DNA of 64,000 bases from Calditrichia bacterium (GTDB lineage Bacteria; Calditrichota; Calditrichia; RBG-13-44-9; J075), in the NCBI GenBank assembly GCA_050633245.1, contig JBOEGD010000018.1, positions 128,001 through 192,000 on the forward strand. Reading direction: 5' to 3'. This document shows positions 38,349 to 49,343 of this stretch, piece after piece (positions within the stretch are counted from its first letter, which is position 1; every line of letters starts with the position of its first letter). The position numbers and the translations under genes are program-made. The notes below the pieces were generated by a model that ran no database searches, was not told the origin of the DNA, and was given only the letters and a program-made list of their open reading frames with translations.

Positions 38349-39938
38349 ATGAATCCGTTTGTTGCTAATATCCAGCGTATGCTGGACCGCTATACCAGCC
38401 GTCAGAAAATCGTTATTGTCGCAGTTTTACTGGGATTTTTTTCATCGATGGTTGTACTGCTTCTTTGGGCAAATCGCCCCGACTATGAACTCCTTTACAG
38501 TAATTTGGATAGTGGTAGTGCCAATGCTATTGTCCAGGATTTGCGAGAGAACAATGTCGAGTACCAGATAGGTAATGGTGGTTCCTCGATCTATGTTCCG
38601 CGTGAATACGTTTCCGAGATGCGTTTGAAGTATGTGCAGTCGGACTATATGCAGGATGGCATTCAGGGATACGAATTGTTCGAAACCGGCAATATGGGTA
38701 TGACGACCTTTATGCAAAGGCTTAATATGAAGCGCGCACTTGAGGGAGAGCTTACCCGAACTATCGGTAATTTACCCGAAGTAAAATCTGCGCGAGTGCA
38801 TCTGGTCATTCCGGAAGACAGGTTGTTTCAGGATGATAAAAAAGGGTCTGCTTCCGTTGTGCTTCACGTAAGATCCGGCATTAACCTTGGTCGGAAACAG
38901 ATTAATGGGATTGTTGCTCTTGTCGCGAACAGCGTGGAGAATCTGAGTCCGGAAGATGTCGTTGTTCTGGGGTCAAATGGAGAATTATACAGCAAGACTC
39001 AAAATGAAGGTATCGTCGGTGAGGCCGGTGGGCGCTGGGAACTGCAATCTGCAGTGGAGGCTGACTATCGACGGAAAATAACCGAAATTGTTGAGGGAGT
39101 TGTTGGCTATCGCAACTCGGTTGTAAATGTGTCGGTGGACTTAAATTTTGATCAAATAGAGCGCACCATAGAAGAGGTAGACCCTGAGAAAGTAGCTTTA
39201 CTGAGTGAAGAGACTTATTCTGAGGCCGGCGCCGGTGGTGGTGGAAATGCCGAAAGAGTAACCTCCAATTATGAATTGACTAAAAAACTTGAACGCTTTG
39301 TTTCAAATACCGGCGATGTGAAGCGCGTTACGGTTGCGGTTCTTGTAAATGGTGTCTACGAAAAACCTGATGGAGCCGAGCCGGATGCTGTGGCCGAATA
39401 CCGAGAGCGCAGCCCCGAAGAGCTGGCTGAAATTGGCGCTCTGGTGCGAAGTTCAATCGGGTTTTCTGCAGAACGAAATGATGTGCTCGAGGTGAAAAAT
39501 CTGCCGTTTGAGAAAGATATCCTTACAACAGAACAGCAGTTGTACGACGAGCTTGAACAAAAAAGACAGTGGGAATATTACACATTATACGGTGTCGCAG
39601 CTATTGGCGGAATAATCGTGTTTTTCCTTTTACGAATGTTAATGAAAACAGGTTTTAAAGAGCTTTCCACAATTCCCCCGGTAGAGGCGCTTGGTGAAGG
39701 TGCAGAAGGTACAGAAGCGCTACCGGAAGGGACAGCTGCTGCGGCACTTGCTGACGGGGAGGCGGTTGAGCAGGAAGACTTGCGTGATAAATATCTTCAC
39801 AAATTATCGCCTGAAGCGAAGGGCAAGCAGGTTGCCAATGAATTTATGACAAAAGAAGTGGTTAATTTTGTTGAAGAATCACCGGAAGACGCATCCAAGC
39901 TATTGCGTTCCTGGTTAGTAATGGAGCAAGAAGGATGA
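38349..39938 (+). CDS. fliF: MS-ring protein FliF
   Basis: GYELFE, RALEGELTRTI, ARVHLVIP, SASVVL; two TM segments. Confidence 0.96.
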   Translation: MNPFVANIQRMLDRYTSRQKIVIVAVLLGFFSSMVVLLLWANRPDYELLYSNLDSGSANAIVQDLRENNVEYQIGNGGSSIYVPREYVSEMRLKYVQSDYMQDGIQGYELFETGNMGMTTFMQRLNMKRALEGELTRTIGNLPEVKSARVHLVIPEDRLFQDDKKGSASVVLHVRSGINLGRKQINGIVALVANSVENLSPEDVVVLGSNGELYSKTQNEGIVGEAGGRWELQSAVEADYRRKITEIVEGVVGYRNSVVNVSVDLNFDQIERTIEEVDPEKVALLSEETYSEAGAGGGGNAERVTSNYELTKKLERFVSNTGDVKRVTVAVLVNGVYEKPDGAEPDAVAEYRERSPEELAEIGALVRSSIGFSAERNDVLEVKNLPFEKDILTTEQQLYDELEQKRQWEYYTLYGVAAIGGIIVFFLLRMLMKTGFKELSTIPPVEALGEGAEGTEALPEGTAAAALADGEAVEQEDLRDKYLHKLSPEAKGKQVANEFMTKEVVNFVEESPEDASKLLRSWLVMEQEG

Positions 39939-40948
39939 CAAATGTAAATCTGACAGAATTAACACCAGCGCAGAAATGTGCGGCCTTCCTCATTTTTGTT
40001 GGCGTGGAGCGTGCGGCAAAAATTCTTGGCGCAATGTCTGAGGCCGAGGCGACAATTATATCGCTTGAAATAGCGCAAATGGATAATCTCTCACCTGAAA
40101 CGTTGAATGGGGTGCTTCATGAGTATTATCAGATGATGATTTCCAATCAATACATTTCTCAAGGTGGGAAAGACTATACGCGGGATGTACTTGAGAAGGT
40201 ATGGGATACAGATAAGACCAATCGTTTTATGAAGCAGCTGAGTGCCGGAAAGACGGAAGATGTTTTTCAGCTTCTTGAAAAAATGGATGAAAAAGTTCTG
40301 GCAGGTCTTTTGGCAAATGAACACCCTCAGACAAATGCACTCATTCTCGCAAACTTGTCGCCGGCAAGATCTGCACAATTGCTTGAGGTTTTGCCAACAG
40401 ATAGTCAATATGAGGTTGCCTATCGCCTGGCTACCATGCAGCCGACATCTCCTGAACAGTTGAGTGATGTGAAGCTTGCACTAAAGGAGCAACTTAAGTT
40501 TGCTCTGCTCGATGATTCGGAAAGAATTGGCGGAGTTGAAGCTGTTGCAAATATTTTGAACTCTGTAAGTGGAACGATAGAAAAAACAATTATCGGTAGT
40601 TTACGCGAACGCCAACCGGAGTTGGCATCCGCTATATCGGAATTAATGTTCTCCTTTGATGATATTGTATTGCTTGATGATAAAATCGTTCAGCGTATTC
40701 TTAAAGATGTTGATTCGAAAAAACTCGCGCTGTCTTTAAAGGCTGCCAATGATGATCTACAGGAAAAGGTCTTCAAAAATATGTCGGAACGCGCCTCTAA
40801 AATGCTGCGGGATGATATTGAATTTCTTGGAGCTGTTCGCCTTAAAGAAGTAGAAGATGCGCAGCGAGAGGTAGTTGAAACGATTAAAAAACTGGAAGCA
40901 GCCGGTGAAATACAAATCACCCGCGGCGAAGAAGAATTGGTTGGCTAA
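39935..40948 (+). CDS. fliG: Rotor protein FliG
   Basis: EHPQ, GG linker, MFSFDD, NMSERA..LRDD..VRLKEVEDAQ torque helix. Confidence 0.96.
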   Translation: MTNVNLTELTPAQKCAAFLIFVGVERAAKILGAMSEAEATIISLEIAQMDNLSPETLNGVLHEYYQMMISNQYISQGGKDYTRDVLEKVWDTDKTNRFMKQLSAGKTEDVFQLLEKMDEKVLAGLLANEHPQTNALILANLSPARSAQLLEVLPTDSQYEVAYRLATMQPTSPEQLSDVKLALKEQLKFALLDDSERIGGVEAVANILNSVSGTIEKTIIGSLRERQPELASAISELMFSFDDIVLLDDKIVQRILKDVDSKKLALSLKAANDDLQEKVFKNMSERASKMLRDDIEFLGAVRLKEVEDAQREVVETIKKLEAAGEIQITRGEEELVG

Positions 40949-40950
40949 AG

Positions 40951-41631
40951 ATGACAATTCATACGTTACAGCTAAAAGAAACAGTACCCGATTTCAGGGC
41001 GAACAGGGATTGGATTGCCGGCGACAAAATTCAGCTCGAGGATCTTGAACGGGCTGACAAGCATCACGATAGCCGGGATAGCGCGTTGACCGGAAATTCG
41101 TCTACAGGTGCTGGTGGGGTGGATAGCGATGAACTTCGTAAACAAGCCTACGAAGAAGGGTTTCGAATTGGCCAGGAAGCAGGACGAAAAGCTTTGGAAG
41201 AAGAAGTTGAGCAGCTACGCGAAACGGTATCTTCTTTGAGTTCCGTTTTCCCTGAAGCGCTTAACGAGTTGGAAAATCCCCTTTTAGATATCGCAAAACG
41301 GTTGGCTGCAATAGTTCTGGGGGTTAGTGCATTTGATTCTGACCTTTTTCACAAAGCGATGTTGGAAAAATTGCGCGAAATGATCGGGCGACTTGCCGGA
41401 CAAAAGCGCTTTGTGCTGGAGCTAAACCCGGATACGCTCCTGCTCATCGACAAGCATAAACTATTCGCATCTCTGTCGGAGACGGCGATCCCGGAAGTTG
41501 TAATGTTGCCTGATAAACGTTTAAAGCCGGGCGAGTGCATTATAAAAACTGAAGACTTTTTGATTGATGGGACTTTTGGTAACCAAACCGATTTCCTGGT
41601 GGAGCAGCTTATTACCGAGGAAGCCGTATGA
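40951..41631 (+). CDS. fliH: FliH
   Basis: AYEEGFRIGQEAG GxxxG repeats; LNPD, PGECII; position between fliG and fliI. Confidence 0.85.
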   Translation: MTIHTLQLKETVPDFRANRDWIAGDKIQLEDLERADKHHDSRDSALTGNSSTGAGGVDSDELRKQAYEEGFRIGQEAGRKALEEEVEQLRETVSSLSSVFPEALNELENPLLDIAKRLAAIVLGVSAFDSDLFHKAMLEKLREMIGRLAGQKRFVLELNPDTLLLIDKHKLFASLSETAIPEVVMLPDKRLKPGECIIKTEDFLIDGTFGNQTDFLVEQLITEEAV

Positions 41632-42956
41632 GTGAATTATCTCAACGATTCGATACGCTGCTGAAAAAAATTGACACAATCGAACCGTTTGATGTTCAGG
41701 GACGGGTAAGCCGTTTAAATGGTATTCTGATTGAAGCGACAGCAATTGGTGGTTCCATCGGGAGTCTTTGTGAGATAGAAACTGCAACCGGCAGAAAAAT
41801 CGAAGCCGAAATTGTTGGTTTTAAAGATCAGATGATTCAGCTAATGGCACTGGGAACCACTTTGGGAATGGCGCCCGGGAATCCGGTTCGTATAAAGTCG
41901 CAGGAAATGACGATTAAAGTGGGCCCGGCGCTGCTCGGCAGGATAATTGACGGATTGGGGAAACCGCTGGATGGACTAGGTGAATTACAGGATGGTGTAG
42001 CTTGTTCGCTCTATAATTCTCCACCGGCATCTTTGGATCGCGAGCGGATATCATCGGTCTTTCCAACCGGAGTTCGCGCGATAGATGGTCTGATTACTTT
42101 TGGCCGGGGGCAGCGGGTTGGTATTTTTGCAGGGAGCGGCGTTGGTAAAAGCGTGCTATTGGGAATGTTGGCAAAACATGCTCAGGCAGAAATAAATGTG
42201 ATTGCGCTCATCGGAGAGCGGGGAAGAGAAGTCCGGGAGTTCATTGAGAGGGATCTTGGCGAAGAAGCTCTAAAACATTCGGTAGTTATTGTTTCTACAT
42301 CCGATAATCCGCCTTCCGTTCGCATAAAAGCTGCGCATTTGGCAACGAGCATCGCTGAGTACTTTCGCACGGCCGGCAAGGATGTGCTTTTAATGATGGA
42401 TTCATTAACCCGGGTTGCTATGGCTCAGCGTGAAATAGGCCTGGCGATCGGAGAACCTCCGACAACAAAAGGGTATACTCCATCTGTTTTTACCTTATTG
42501 CCGGGACTGCTTGAACGCGCCGGAACGGCAAAGACCGGCAGCATTACCGGAGTATATACCGTTTTGGTTGAGGGTGACGATATGGATGAGCCCATTAGCG
42601 ATGCGGCAAGATCTATTTTGGATGGCCACATTGTTTTGAAGCGGGATCTTGCGGTTCAGGGGCATTTCCCTGCAATTGACGTGCTCGAAAGTATCAGCCG
42701 GGTAAAGAATGATGTGCTCACTACCGAGCAGCAGCAAACAACGGTGAGAATACTTGAAAGGCTTGCTGTTTATAAACAGGCAGAGGATCTTATTCGAATC
42801 GGAGCATACAAGGGAGGAACAGATCCTCTCCTCGATCAAAGTATTGCTGCCCGGCCTGAAGTGCTGAAGTTTTTACGTCAGCAGCCTGATGAAGCGTCCG
42901 ACTTTCAGACAACGCAAGAGCAGCTGGCAAAGCTGGTAGCCGGAGGCCAGAAGTGA
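41628..42956 (+). CDS. fliI: Export ATPase FliI
   Basis: GSGVGKS, IGERGREV, MDSLTR, GEPPTTKGY. Confidence 0.96.
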   Translation: MSELSQRFDTLLKKIDTIEPFDVQGRVSRLNGILIEATAIGGSIGSLCEIETATGRKIEAEIVGFKDQMIQLMALGTTLGMAPGNPVRIKSQEMTIKVGPALLGRIIDGLGKPLDGLGELQDGVACSLYNSPPASLDRERISSVFPTGVRAIDGLITFGRGQRVGIFAGSGVGKSVLLGMLAKHAQAEINVIALIGERGREVREFIERDLGEEALKHSVVIVSTSDNPPSVRIKAAHLATSIAEYFRTAGKDVLLMMDSLTRVAMAQREIGLAIGEPPTTKGYTPSVFTLLPGLLERAGTAKTGSITGVYTVLVEGDDMDEPISDAARSILDGHIVLKRDLAVQGHFPAIDVLESISRVKNDVLTTEQQQTTVRILERLAVYKQAEDLIRIGAYKGGTDPLLDQSIAARPEVLKFLRQQPDEASDFQTTQEQLAKLVAGGQK

Positions 42957-43417
42957 AGCGCTATAAATTTCGTTTGGAAAGCATTCAAAAGCTGCGTGAA
43001 CGTACCGTCCGGATGCGCCAGGTTGAACGTGCAAATGCGCAGGCTCTATTGATGCAACATGAAGATATATTGAAAAAATCTCTACAGGAAAAAGAACTCT
43101 ATCTGTCGAAGACTCAGCAAAGTCGCAAAAATAAAACATTTTTTACTGCTGTTCAACTACAACAACTGAGTGGTGATTTAAGCGTGCTCGATCAAAAAAT
43201 TTCCGAGCAGTTGGAAGTCGTGAAAGATCAGAAGGAACGGCTAAAGGAAATTGAACATCAGCTGTTGGAAGAAGAAAAAGAGCGAAAAATTATCGAAGAA
43301 TTACGTCAAAAGGATTATGACGACTTTCGGGAACAGCAAAAACGCAAAGTTGCCGAGGAAACGGATTTTATTGCCGAACGATTAATTGAGCGAAAAAGAG
43401 AATGGGAAGAAAACTAA
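42953..43417 (+). CDS. fliJ: FliJ
   Basis: YKFRLESIQKLR N-terminus, coiled coil, follows fliI. Confidence 0.88.
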   Translation: MKRYKFRLESIQKLRERTVRMRQVERANAQALLMQHEDILKKSLQEKELYLSKTQQSRKNKTFFTAVQLQQLSGDLSVLDQKISEQLEVVKDQKERLKEIEHQLLEEEKERKIIEELRQKDYDDFREQQKRKVAEETDFIAERLIERKREWEEN

Positions 43418-43418
43418 C

Positions 43419-43970
43419 ATGATAAAGTGGATACTGTTATCGCTTGGTACTATAACATTAGTTGCTACAATCGGATTGTATGTCACCCTCTCGCTCAATC
43501 CACCGCAAAAACCGGAAGCTGCTGATGAGGCTGCTGTAAATGCGGTAGCAGACTCTATGGTTGCTGACACTACCGTTGCCGATTCGCTGCTGACTGAAGA
43601 AGAGAAAACAAAGCGAACCATTCAGTCTTTAAAGGAGCAGCTGGCGGAGCAAACCAGAATTGCAGATAGTCTTCAGCTCTTAATTGCCTCATACGAAGAA
43701 CGCTTAAAGCTGTCGGAAGAAAACATAAATGAACAGAAGATGAGCATAGAAGCATTACAAAGGACCAATACAAATGTTGCAGATCTGGCAAAAACGTTTC
43801 AGAATATGAAAGTTGCTGAACTCAAGGCTATTCTACACAGCGTGGATGACAATGCGGCATTGAAAATATATGCAAATATGAACAATCGCTCTCGCAAAAA
43901 ACTGTTACTCGGACTTTCCGGGCAACGCGCAGCAAAATTGACGGAGAAAATTGTTAGCTCAGTGAATTAA
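43419..43970 (+). CDS. MotE/FlbB/YlxF-like protein (TM, coiled coil, MgtE_N-like)
   Basis: FQNMKVAELKAIL...YANMNNR pattern; conserved position between fliJ and fliK. Confidence 0.7.
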   Translation: MIKWILLSLGTITLVATIGLYVTLSLNPPQKPEAADEAAVNAVADSMVADTTVADSLLTEEEKTKRTIQSLKEQLAEQTRIADSLQLLIASYEERLKLSEENINEQKMSIEALQRTNTNVADLAKTFQNMKVAELKAILHSVDDNAALKIYANMNNRSRKKLLLGLSGQRAAKLTEKIVSSVN

Positions 43971-43985
43971 CATCGAGGGATAGAG

Positions 43986-46559
43986 ATGAAGACCCCGGGA
44001 TTGGGTCAGCAGACGACCAGTGCTTTGCATGCAAAGCAACAACATAATACTATAGGCAGCAAGTCAGAATTTGGTGGTTTAATGGGCTTTCTGCAACAAT
44101 CTGCAATGAAGCTACTTGCCGGTGCGACGCCAAAGACTCTTTCCGTGACGGAACCGACCCATCGCTTCGTCCAGAACAACTCTGACAAAGAGTCGGCAAA
44201 AGAGGGTGCTGAAAAAAAGATCCTTCCATCCGAACTTTTAAAGCAATCAGGGCACGATCTCTTGCGTCTTTCTTTTCCGACGGCCGAGTATCAGTCAATG
44301 ATGTTGAGCCCGGAGAACCTGTCGAGAAATCCTTCCGTCATTTTAACTGAAGACACGTCAGATAATTTGTTCACTGGCGTATCGGATGGAGATGACACGG
44401 ATGACGTTCAGGGAATCGTTCAAATTAAGAGCAAAAGCGAAGCCGGACCTTTACTACAATCGAGAGAGGAAATATCCGATACTCAGGCGGTTGAACAGAC
44501 GTTATTGCTTCCACCAGCGTTTTTCCCGCTATCTGATAGTCCTTCGGATGTTCAATTGCCTGATGAAAGCATACGGGAAATTTCACATGCAATAACAGCC
44601 ATTTTAAATCAGACAGACGGGGCAGCCTCAATAGAAGTGTCTGTGAAGGGGGCTTCACTTATTGCTATGGATATTCTGCCGCAACATAATAAACCACATC
44701 ATTTTGCAGTTGTGATGCGCCAAAATAATCTTGCAAAACCTGTGCAGCTGGTGAATAGAATAGCAAATGTTTTGGGAGCTTCTGTATCTCCAATATCCGA
44801 ATTACCCGCGAAAGCAAAGACTTTGGTTCGGGGTAACACGTATGTTGCTTCTGAGAGAAGGGGGAATGCTTCTACTGTCCAAAAATATGCACTGCCAAAT
44901 ATGATACAGGGACCCTCCTCACCTCGAAGTATAAAAAATAATTATGCTACGGGAGAAATACGCTCCGGCAATTCTTCACTTTCCGTTTCTAATTATATGG
45001 CGGATGAGGAATCCCCCAAATTAATATTACAGAATCGAATAGGGCAGAGTTCTCCGAAAGAGAAGAGTATTCTAAAAAACGATCTGGTTGCGAATCTTAC
45101 CGCGGAGAACAATGGAAATTCGCGTGAAAAATTATCGGGCATTGCAAAAGCGCAGATTGACAATGGTTTGAAAGCCGATCAGACCGCTTCGCAAAATAAC
45201 CGCCAGCCCAGATCGCTGAATGAAAAATATATAGCGAGGGCAAATCATGCGGTTGTTCCCGAGCAACCCGAACCAGATGCGCCTGGCAAAGTAGGGACTG
45301 TTTCTTCTGGAGTTTGGAATGAAGCAGTGAGGGAAAGGCCTTTTAATACTCAGCAAAATGTAGCAGCGCCAGTTGTCCGCTCAGGTTCTGAAACACCTTT
45401 TTCAATTGACGACACTGTGTTCTCAAACAAGGCTCCGATAACTGAAACCGAAGGTGTTGTAAAGCCTTCAAATAAGCAGAATGGTCTTGAACCCATATTT
45501 TCAGATAACGCAATACGGCATGCTCCCCGGCGTCAAACCGCTACGCAAAACCCGCGAAATGTCGCGGTCTCGGATCTCCTGGAAAAGCAGGATGTTTCAG
45601 CAAAAACACCACCACCTCCGCTGGAAACAGCAGGGATAGTAAGCTCACTGTCTGAAGCCATTGATATTCGTGTTTTCTATAAACAAAACAAGCGAAGCTA
45701 CAGCAGCAATGCTCATACGATTCAGCCAAAGAAAGAGCCTGAGATTATCCCATTGGGAAGTGATTTCGATAAGGTTGAGATAGAAAAAAATCAGCCTCTG
45801 CGTGTTTCTTCGGATGGTGCTTTTTCAGCAGTTCTTCCCAAAGCGAAACGGGTAAAACAGTTGACAAATGGGCACAAGACTAAAGACGGTATCCCCTTGG
45901 GTGGAATTAAAAAGGCGACGCATCTAAATGAACCTTTTGCAAACATTTCTACTCAGAACTCGCTACCGGAAGCGAGTCTAAATCCTGAAGTGGATCCGGG
46001 GCCGAAAAAGAAGGTGATGGCTGCTGAAAATAGTATTGATGTATCGACCGATCTGTCGGGGGCAACAAAAGAAGGGCGGGTAACGTCTCCCGAGAAAAGT
46101 CTCCCGGGCAGTGGGCCGGGCGCTCTTCCGGCAAAGGTTCGCTATGATTTTATGCGGGCGATTAAACAGGTTATTCATCGTTATCAACAAGAACAGAATC
46201 AAGAGCAGCTTCAGTCCAGCTTTCGGGTTCAAACCCAGGCACTGGGTAACTTGGATATTCACATTTTGGAAGATGAAGCGGGATTTCAAATTCAGATTTT
46301 CGCCGATCAGGAAGCTGCGCGAAGTCGTTTGGAAAAGGAATTGCCAGCGCTTGAAAAATCGCTGGATGAGTTAAACATCTCTCTTGGCAGCATCGCTGTT
46401 GATGTCGGTGGGCAGACGAATAATTTTCGTGAACCACCTCCACGAAAACGAGAGTCAGGGAATAACAACTTTGCAGATTCTGGTGCTTCGCCAGCAGAAG
46501 AGGCAACGATAAAAAACCAAAGGTTTGTTGGAACGAATACCATCGAAATATACGTGTAA
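43986..46559 (+). CDS. fliK: Hook-length control protein FliK (very long)
   Basis: Long low-complexity region; C-terminal LGNLDIHI...LEKELPALEKSL T3S4 domain; upstream of flgD. Confidence 0.8.
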   Translation: MKTPGLGQQTTSALHAKQQHNTIGSKSEFGGLMGFLQQSAMKLLAGATPKTLSVTEPTHRFVQNNSDKESAKEGAEKKILPSELLKQSGHDLLRLSFPTAEYQSMMLSPENLSRNPSVILTEDTSDNLFTGVSDGDDTDDVQGIVQIKSKSEAGPLLQSREEISDTQAVEQTLLLPPAFFPLSDSPSDVQLPDESIREISHAITAILNQTDGAASIEVSVKGASLIAMDILPQHNKPHHFAVVMRQNNLAKPVQLVNRIANVLGASVSPISELPAKAKTLVRGNTYVASERRGNASTVQKYALPNMIQGPSSPRSIKNNYATGEIRSGNSSLSVSNYMADEESPKLILQNRIGQSSPKEKSILKNDLVANLTAENNGNSREKLSGIAKAQIDNGLKADQTASQNNRQPRSLNEKYIARANHAVVPEQPEPDAPGKVGTVSSGVWNEAVRERPFNTQQNVAAPVVRSGSETPFSIDDTVFSNKAPITETEGVVKPSNKQNGLEPIFSDNAIRHAPRRQTATQNPRNVAVSDLLEKQDVSAKTPPPPLETAGIVSSLSEAIDIRVFYKQNKRSYSSNAHTIQPKKEPEIIPLGSDFDKVEIEKNQPLRVSSDGAFSAVLPKAKRVKQLTNGHKTKDGIPLGGIKKATHLNEPFANISTQNSLPEASLNPEVDPGPKKKVMAAENSIDVSTDLSGATKEGRVTSPEKSLPGSGPGALPAKVRYDFMRAIKQVIHRYQQEQNQEQLQSSFRVQTQALGNLDIHILEDEAGFQIQIFADQEAARSRLEKELPALEKSLDELNISLGSIAVDVGGQTNNFREPPPRKRESGNNNFADSGASPAEEATIKNQRFVGTNTIEIYV

Positions 46560-46572
46560 TAAGGAGACGTTT

Positions 46573-47247
46573 ATGGAAATAACAAATGCATTGCAAAGTG
46601 CCGGTGTTGGCGGTAACCAAAGTGTATTCCAGGATTCACTGGGAGGAGAAGAGTTTCTACAATTGCTCGTTGCCCAGCTGCAGAATCAGGATCCGCTTTC
46701 GCCGATGGAGAGTCAGGAATTCGCGGCTGAATTGGCGCAATTCAGCTCGTTAGAAAAGCTGGCAAGTATCGACGATACTCTGGCTGAGTCAGTCAGCACA
46801 GATATCGTATTAACCCAGGCTATCAATAATACGTTGGCCTCTACGTTACTTGGTCAGGAAGTAACTGCTGTTGGAAATACGTTTGCGCTTTCTCCGGGGG
46901 AAGACACAGATCTAACGTTCCGGTTGGGAGATTATGCTGAAAGTGTCGACGTGGTTATCTATGATGGAAGTGGAAATGAAGTTCGGCGAATTGATGCGGG
47001 AAGCATGAATTCCGGCGAGCACACGATAGACTGGGATGGAAAAGGGCAGGACGGCAGAGAAATGCTTGCCGGCGACTATTCCTTTCAGGTCGAGGCAACA
47101 TCCGCTACTGGCGATCCGGTCTCTGCTATGACTTTGATTCGCGGGGCCATTAGCTCAATTCGATATGAAAATGGGGCAGCGGTTTTGATTATTAACGGAG
47201 GCGAAATCGCCTTTAGCAATGTTTTAGAAATTGCGACAGCACCATAA
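46573..47247 (+). CDS. flgD: Hook cap FlgD
   Basis: FLQLLVAQLQNQDPLSP, LAQFSSLE, WDGK; AAGGAG RBS. Confidence 0.95.
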   Translation: MEITNALQSAGVGGNQSVFQDSLGGEEFLQLLVAQLQNQDPLSPMESQEFAAELAQFSSLEKLASIDDTLAESVSTDIVLTQAINNTLASTLLGQEVTAVGNTFALSPGEDTDLTFRLGDYAESVDVVIYDGSGNEVRRIDAGSMNSGEHTIDWDGKGQDGREMLAGDYSFQVEATSATGDPVSAMTLIRGAISSIRYENGAAVLIINGGEIAFSNVLEIATAP

Positions 47248-47357
47248 CAAAAAGCGGCAGTCCCTATGAATTGAAAGTTTGAGCGAATGCTCTTTACTCA
47301 AGGAAGGCCATAACAAGATTCAATAGTATTGTTGAATTTACCAGGAAGGGAGTAGTA

Positions 47358-49328
47358 ATGTTAAGATCACTCTATGCCGGTGTATCCGGTCTGAGAAATC
47401 ATCAAACGAAACTCGATGTTTTGGGTAATAATATTGCAAATGTGAATACGGTAGGCTTTAAATCCAGCCGGGTTGTTTTCTCGCAAGCACTTACCCAAGC
47501 ATTTTCCGAGTCTAAAAACAGCTCTGGTAACGGGTTTCTAAATCCAGTTCAAATCGGATTGGGTGTACAGGTTAACAGCATTGATCGCCTGTTTAACCAG
47601 GGAGCTTTTGAAAGCACCGGTAATATGACTGATATGGCGATTGAAGGAGATGGCTTTTTTATACTGTCGAATGGTGACAACTCCTTCTATTCACGTAGCG
47701 GCAACTTCTCGTTTGATCAGGCAGGAAATCTTGTTAATCCCAAGGGAATGACTGTACAAGGTTGGTTGCTTGACGGTAATGAAACGGCAATTGGTAGTGC
47801 CGGCCTGCAAGATATTCAGATTGATGACAGCATTATGTCTGATGCTCGAGCAACCAGTCGAATCGGTTTATCTGGAAATATAGATGCCAGCTTATCGCCA
47901 CGCGCTCAGGAATGGACGTTGAGTAATGCGTTAACCACTAAGGCGTTGCTTACCGGAAGCAGTGTTACTGCGCCACTTACTGTTACAGCAGGTGTAAACG
48001 ATGAGCTCAGTATTGCTCTGTCCGGTAATGGGGCTCCGGTAACTGAATCCTTAACGCTTTCCGCGAACACCTATGCTACGGTAGATGATGTAGTTACCGA
48101 ACTGAATGCACAGATCACTACTATAGCGGGGCTCGCCGGTTCGGTTGAAGCAGTAAACCGCGGTGGACAAATCACTTTTCGTTCACTGGATGGGGTCGAC
48201 TCGACGCGAATTGAAGTAGGTAGCGGCACCAATGATGTGCTTGGCGATCTTGGCTTTAGTGATGGTGATACTGCCACAGCCGGTTCAATTGCAACTGAAA
48301 CGACGGACATTAATGATCTGATCAATGTGAGTACCGACTTCATTACCGGGGATCGTCTTAATATTTCAGGTGCAAATATGGACGGTTCTCAGGTGAGCGG
48401 TGCATTTGCGTATGGAACTGACGGGACGACGCTCGCAGATTTTGTAAATTCATTATCTACAACATATTCATCTTCCACAGCCTCACTGGTGGATGGACAG
48501 ATTGTTTTAACTGATGATGCAGCAGGAGACAGTGAAACGATTATCACCATTATCAGCGATTCTACAAACACCGGTTCAATGAACTTTCCGGGTTTTAGCA
48601 GCACTGTTGATGGTTTTACCGGAATGGCTTCAACCTCCGTTCAGGTTTTTGATAGTCTTGGTGGTGGACATAATCTACTCCTGGAGTATACGAAAACCGA
48701 GAATCCCGGGGAATGGACCTGGGAAGTAACTGCCGGAGGAGATGAAGAAATTCTGAGTGGAGGCAGCGGACGCGTTCTCTTCAATGAGTTCGGAGAAATG
48801 GTGTCGTTTACCTACGATAATAGCGATACTTCTCTTCGAATTAATCCCGGCAATAGTGCTGCTGTTATGGAGATTGCGATTGAAGCAGATGGTGAAGATG
48901 GCTTTGCCGGTCTGTCGCAGTTCGACTCAGCATCAACTCTCTATGTTGCTGAGCAGGATGGTCGCACAACCGGACAGCTTCTTGGGCTAAATATTAGTCG
49001 TGAAGGAACTGTAAGCGGAGCTTTTTCCAATGGAGAGATCATGAATTTGGCACAGATCGCATTAGCTCGCTTTGGCAATAACAGTGGACTAATTGATTTG
49101 GGTGATGGTCTAAACGAAGAAAGCATCTCCTCGGGACAAGCTGAAATTACCGGTCTTGTCGACAATTCCGGGGTGAGTATTGCTGCAGGTGTGCTCGAGA
49201 TGTCGAATGTCGATTTGTCACGGGAATTTACTGAGCTGATTGTAGCTCAGCGAGGATTTCAGGCGAATGCTAAAGTAATTACTACAGCAGACACGATTCT
49301 TGACGAACTTATAAGACTCAAGAGATAA
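47358..49328 (+). CDS. flgE: Hook protein FlgE with large insertions
   Basis: GNNIANVNTVGFK; LEMSNVDLSREFTELIVAQRGFQAN. Confidence 0.96.
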   Translation: MLRSLYAGVSGLRNHQTKLDVLGNNIANVNTVGFKSSRVVFSQALTQAFSESKNSSGNGFLNPVQIGLGVQVNSIDRLFNQGAFESTGNMTDMAIEGDGFFILSNGDNSFYSRSGNFSFDQAGNLVNPKGMTVQGWLLDGNETAIGSAGLQDIQIDDSIMSDARATSRIGLSGNIDASLSPRAQEWTLSNALTTKALLTGSSVTAPLTVTAGVNDELSIALSGNGAPVTESLTLSANTYATVDDVVTELNAQITTIAGLAGSVEAVNRGGQITFRSLDGVDSTRIEVGSGTNDVLGDLGFSDGDTATAGSIATETTDINDLINVSTDFITGDRLNISGANMDGSQVSGAFAYGTDGTTLADFVNSLSTTYSSSTASLVDGQIVLTDDAAGDSETIITIISDSTNTGSMNFPGFSSTVDGFTGMASTSVQVFDSLGGGHNLLLEYTKTENPGEWTWEVTAGGDEEILSGGSGRVLFNEFGEMVSFTYDNSDTSLRINPGNSAAVMEIAIEADGEDGFAGLSQFDSASTLYVAEQDGRTTGQLLGLNISREGTVSGAFSNGEIMNLAQIALARFGNNSGLIDLGDGLNEESISSGQAEITGLVDNSGVSIAAGVLEMSNVDLSREFTELIVAQRGFQANAKVITTADTILDELIRLKR

Positions 49329-49343
49329 TAATTAGCTCATAAA

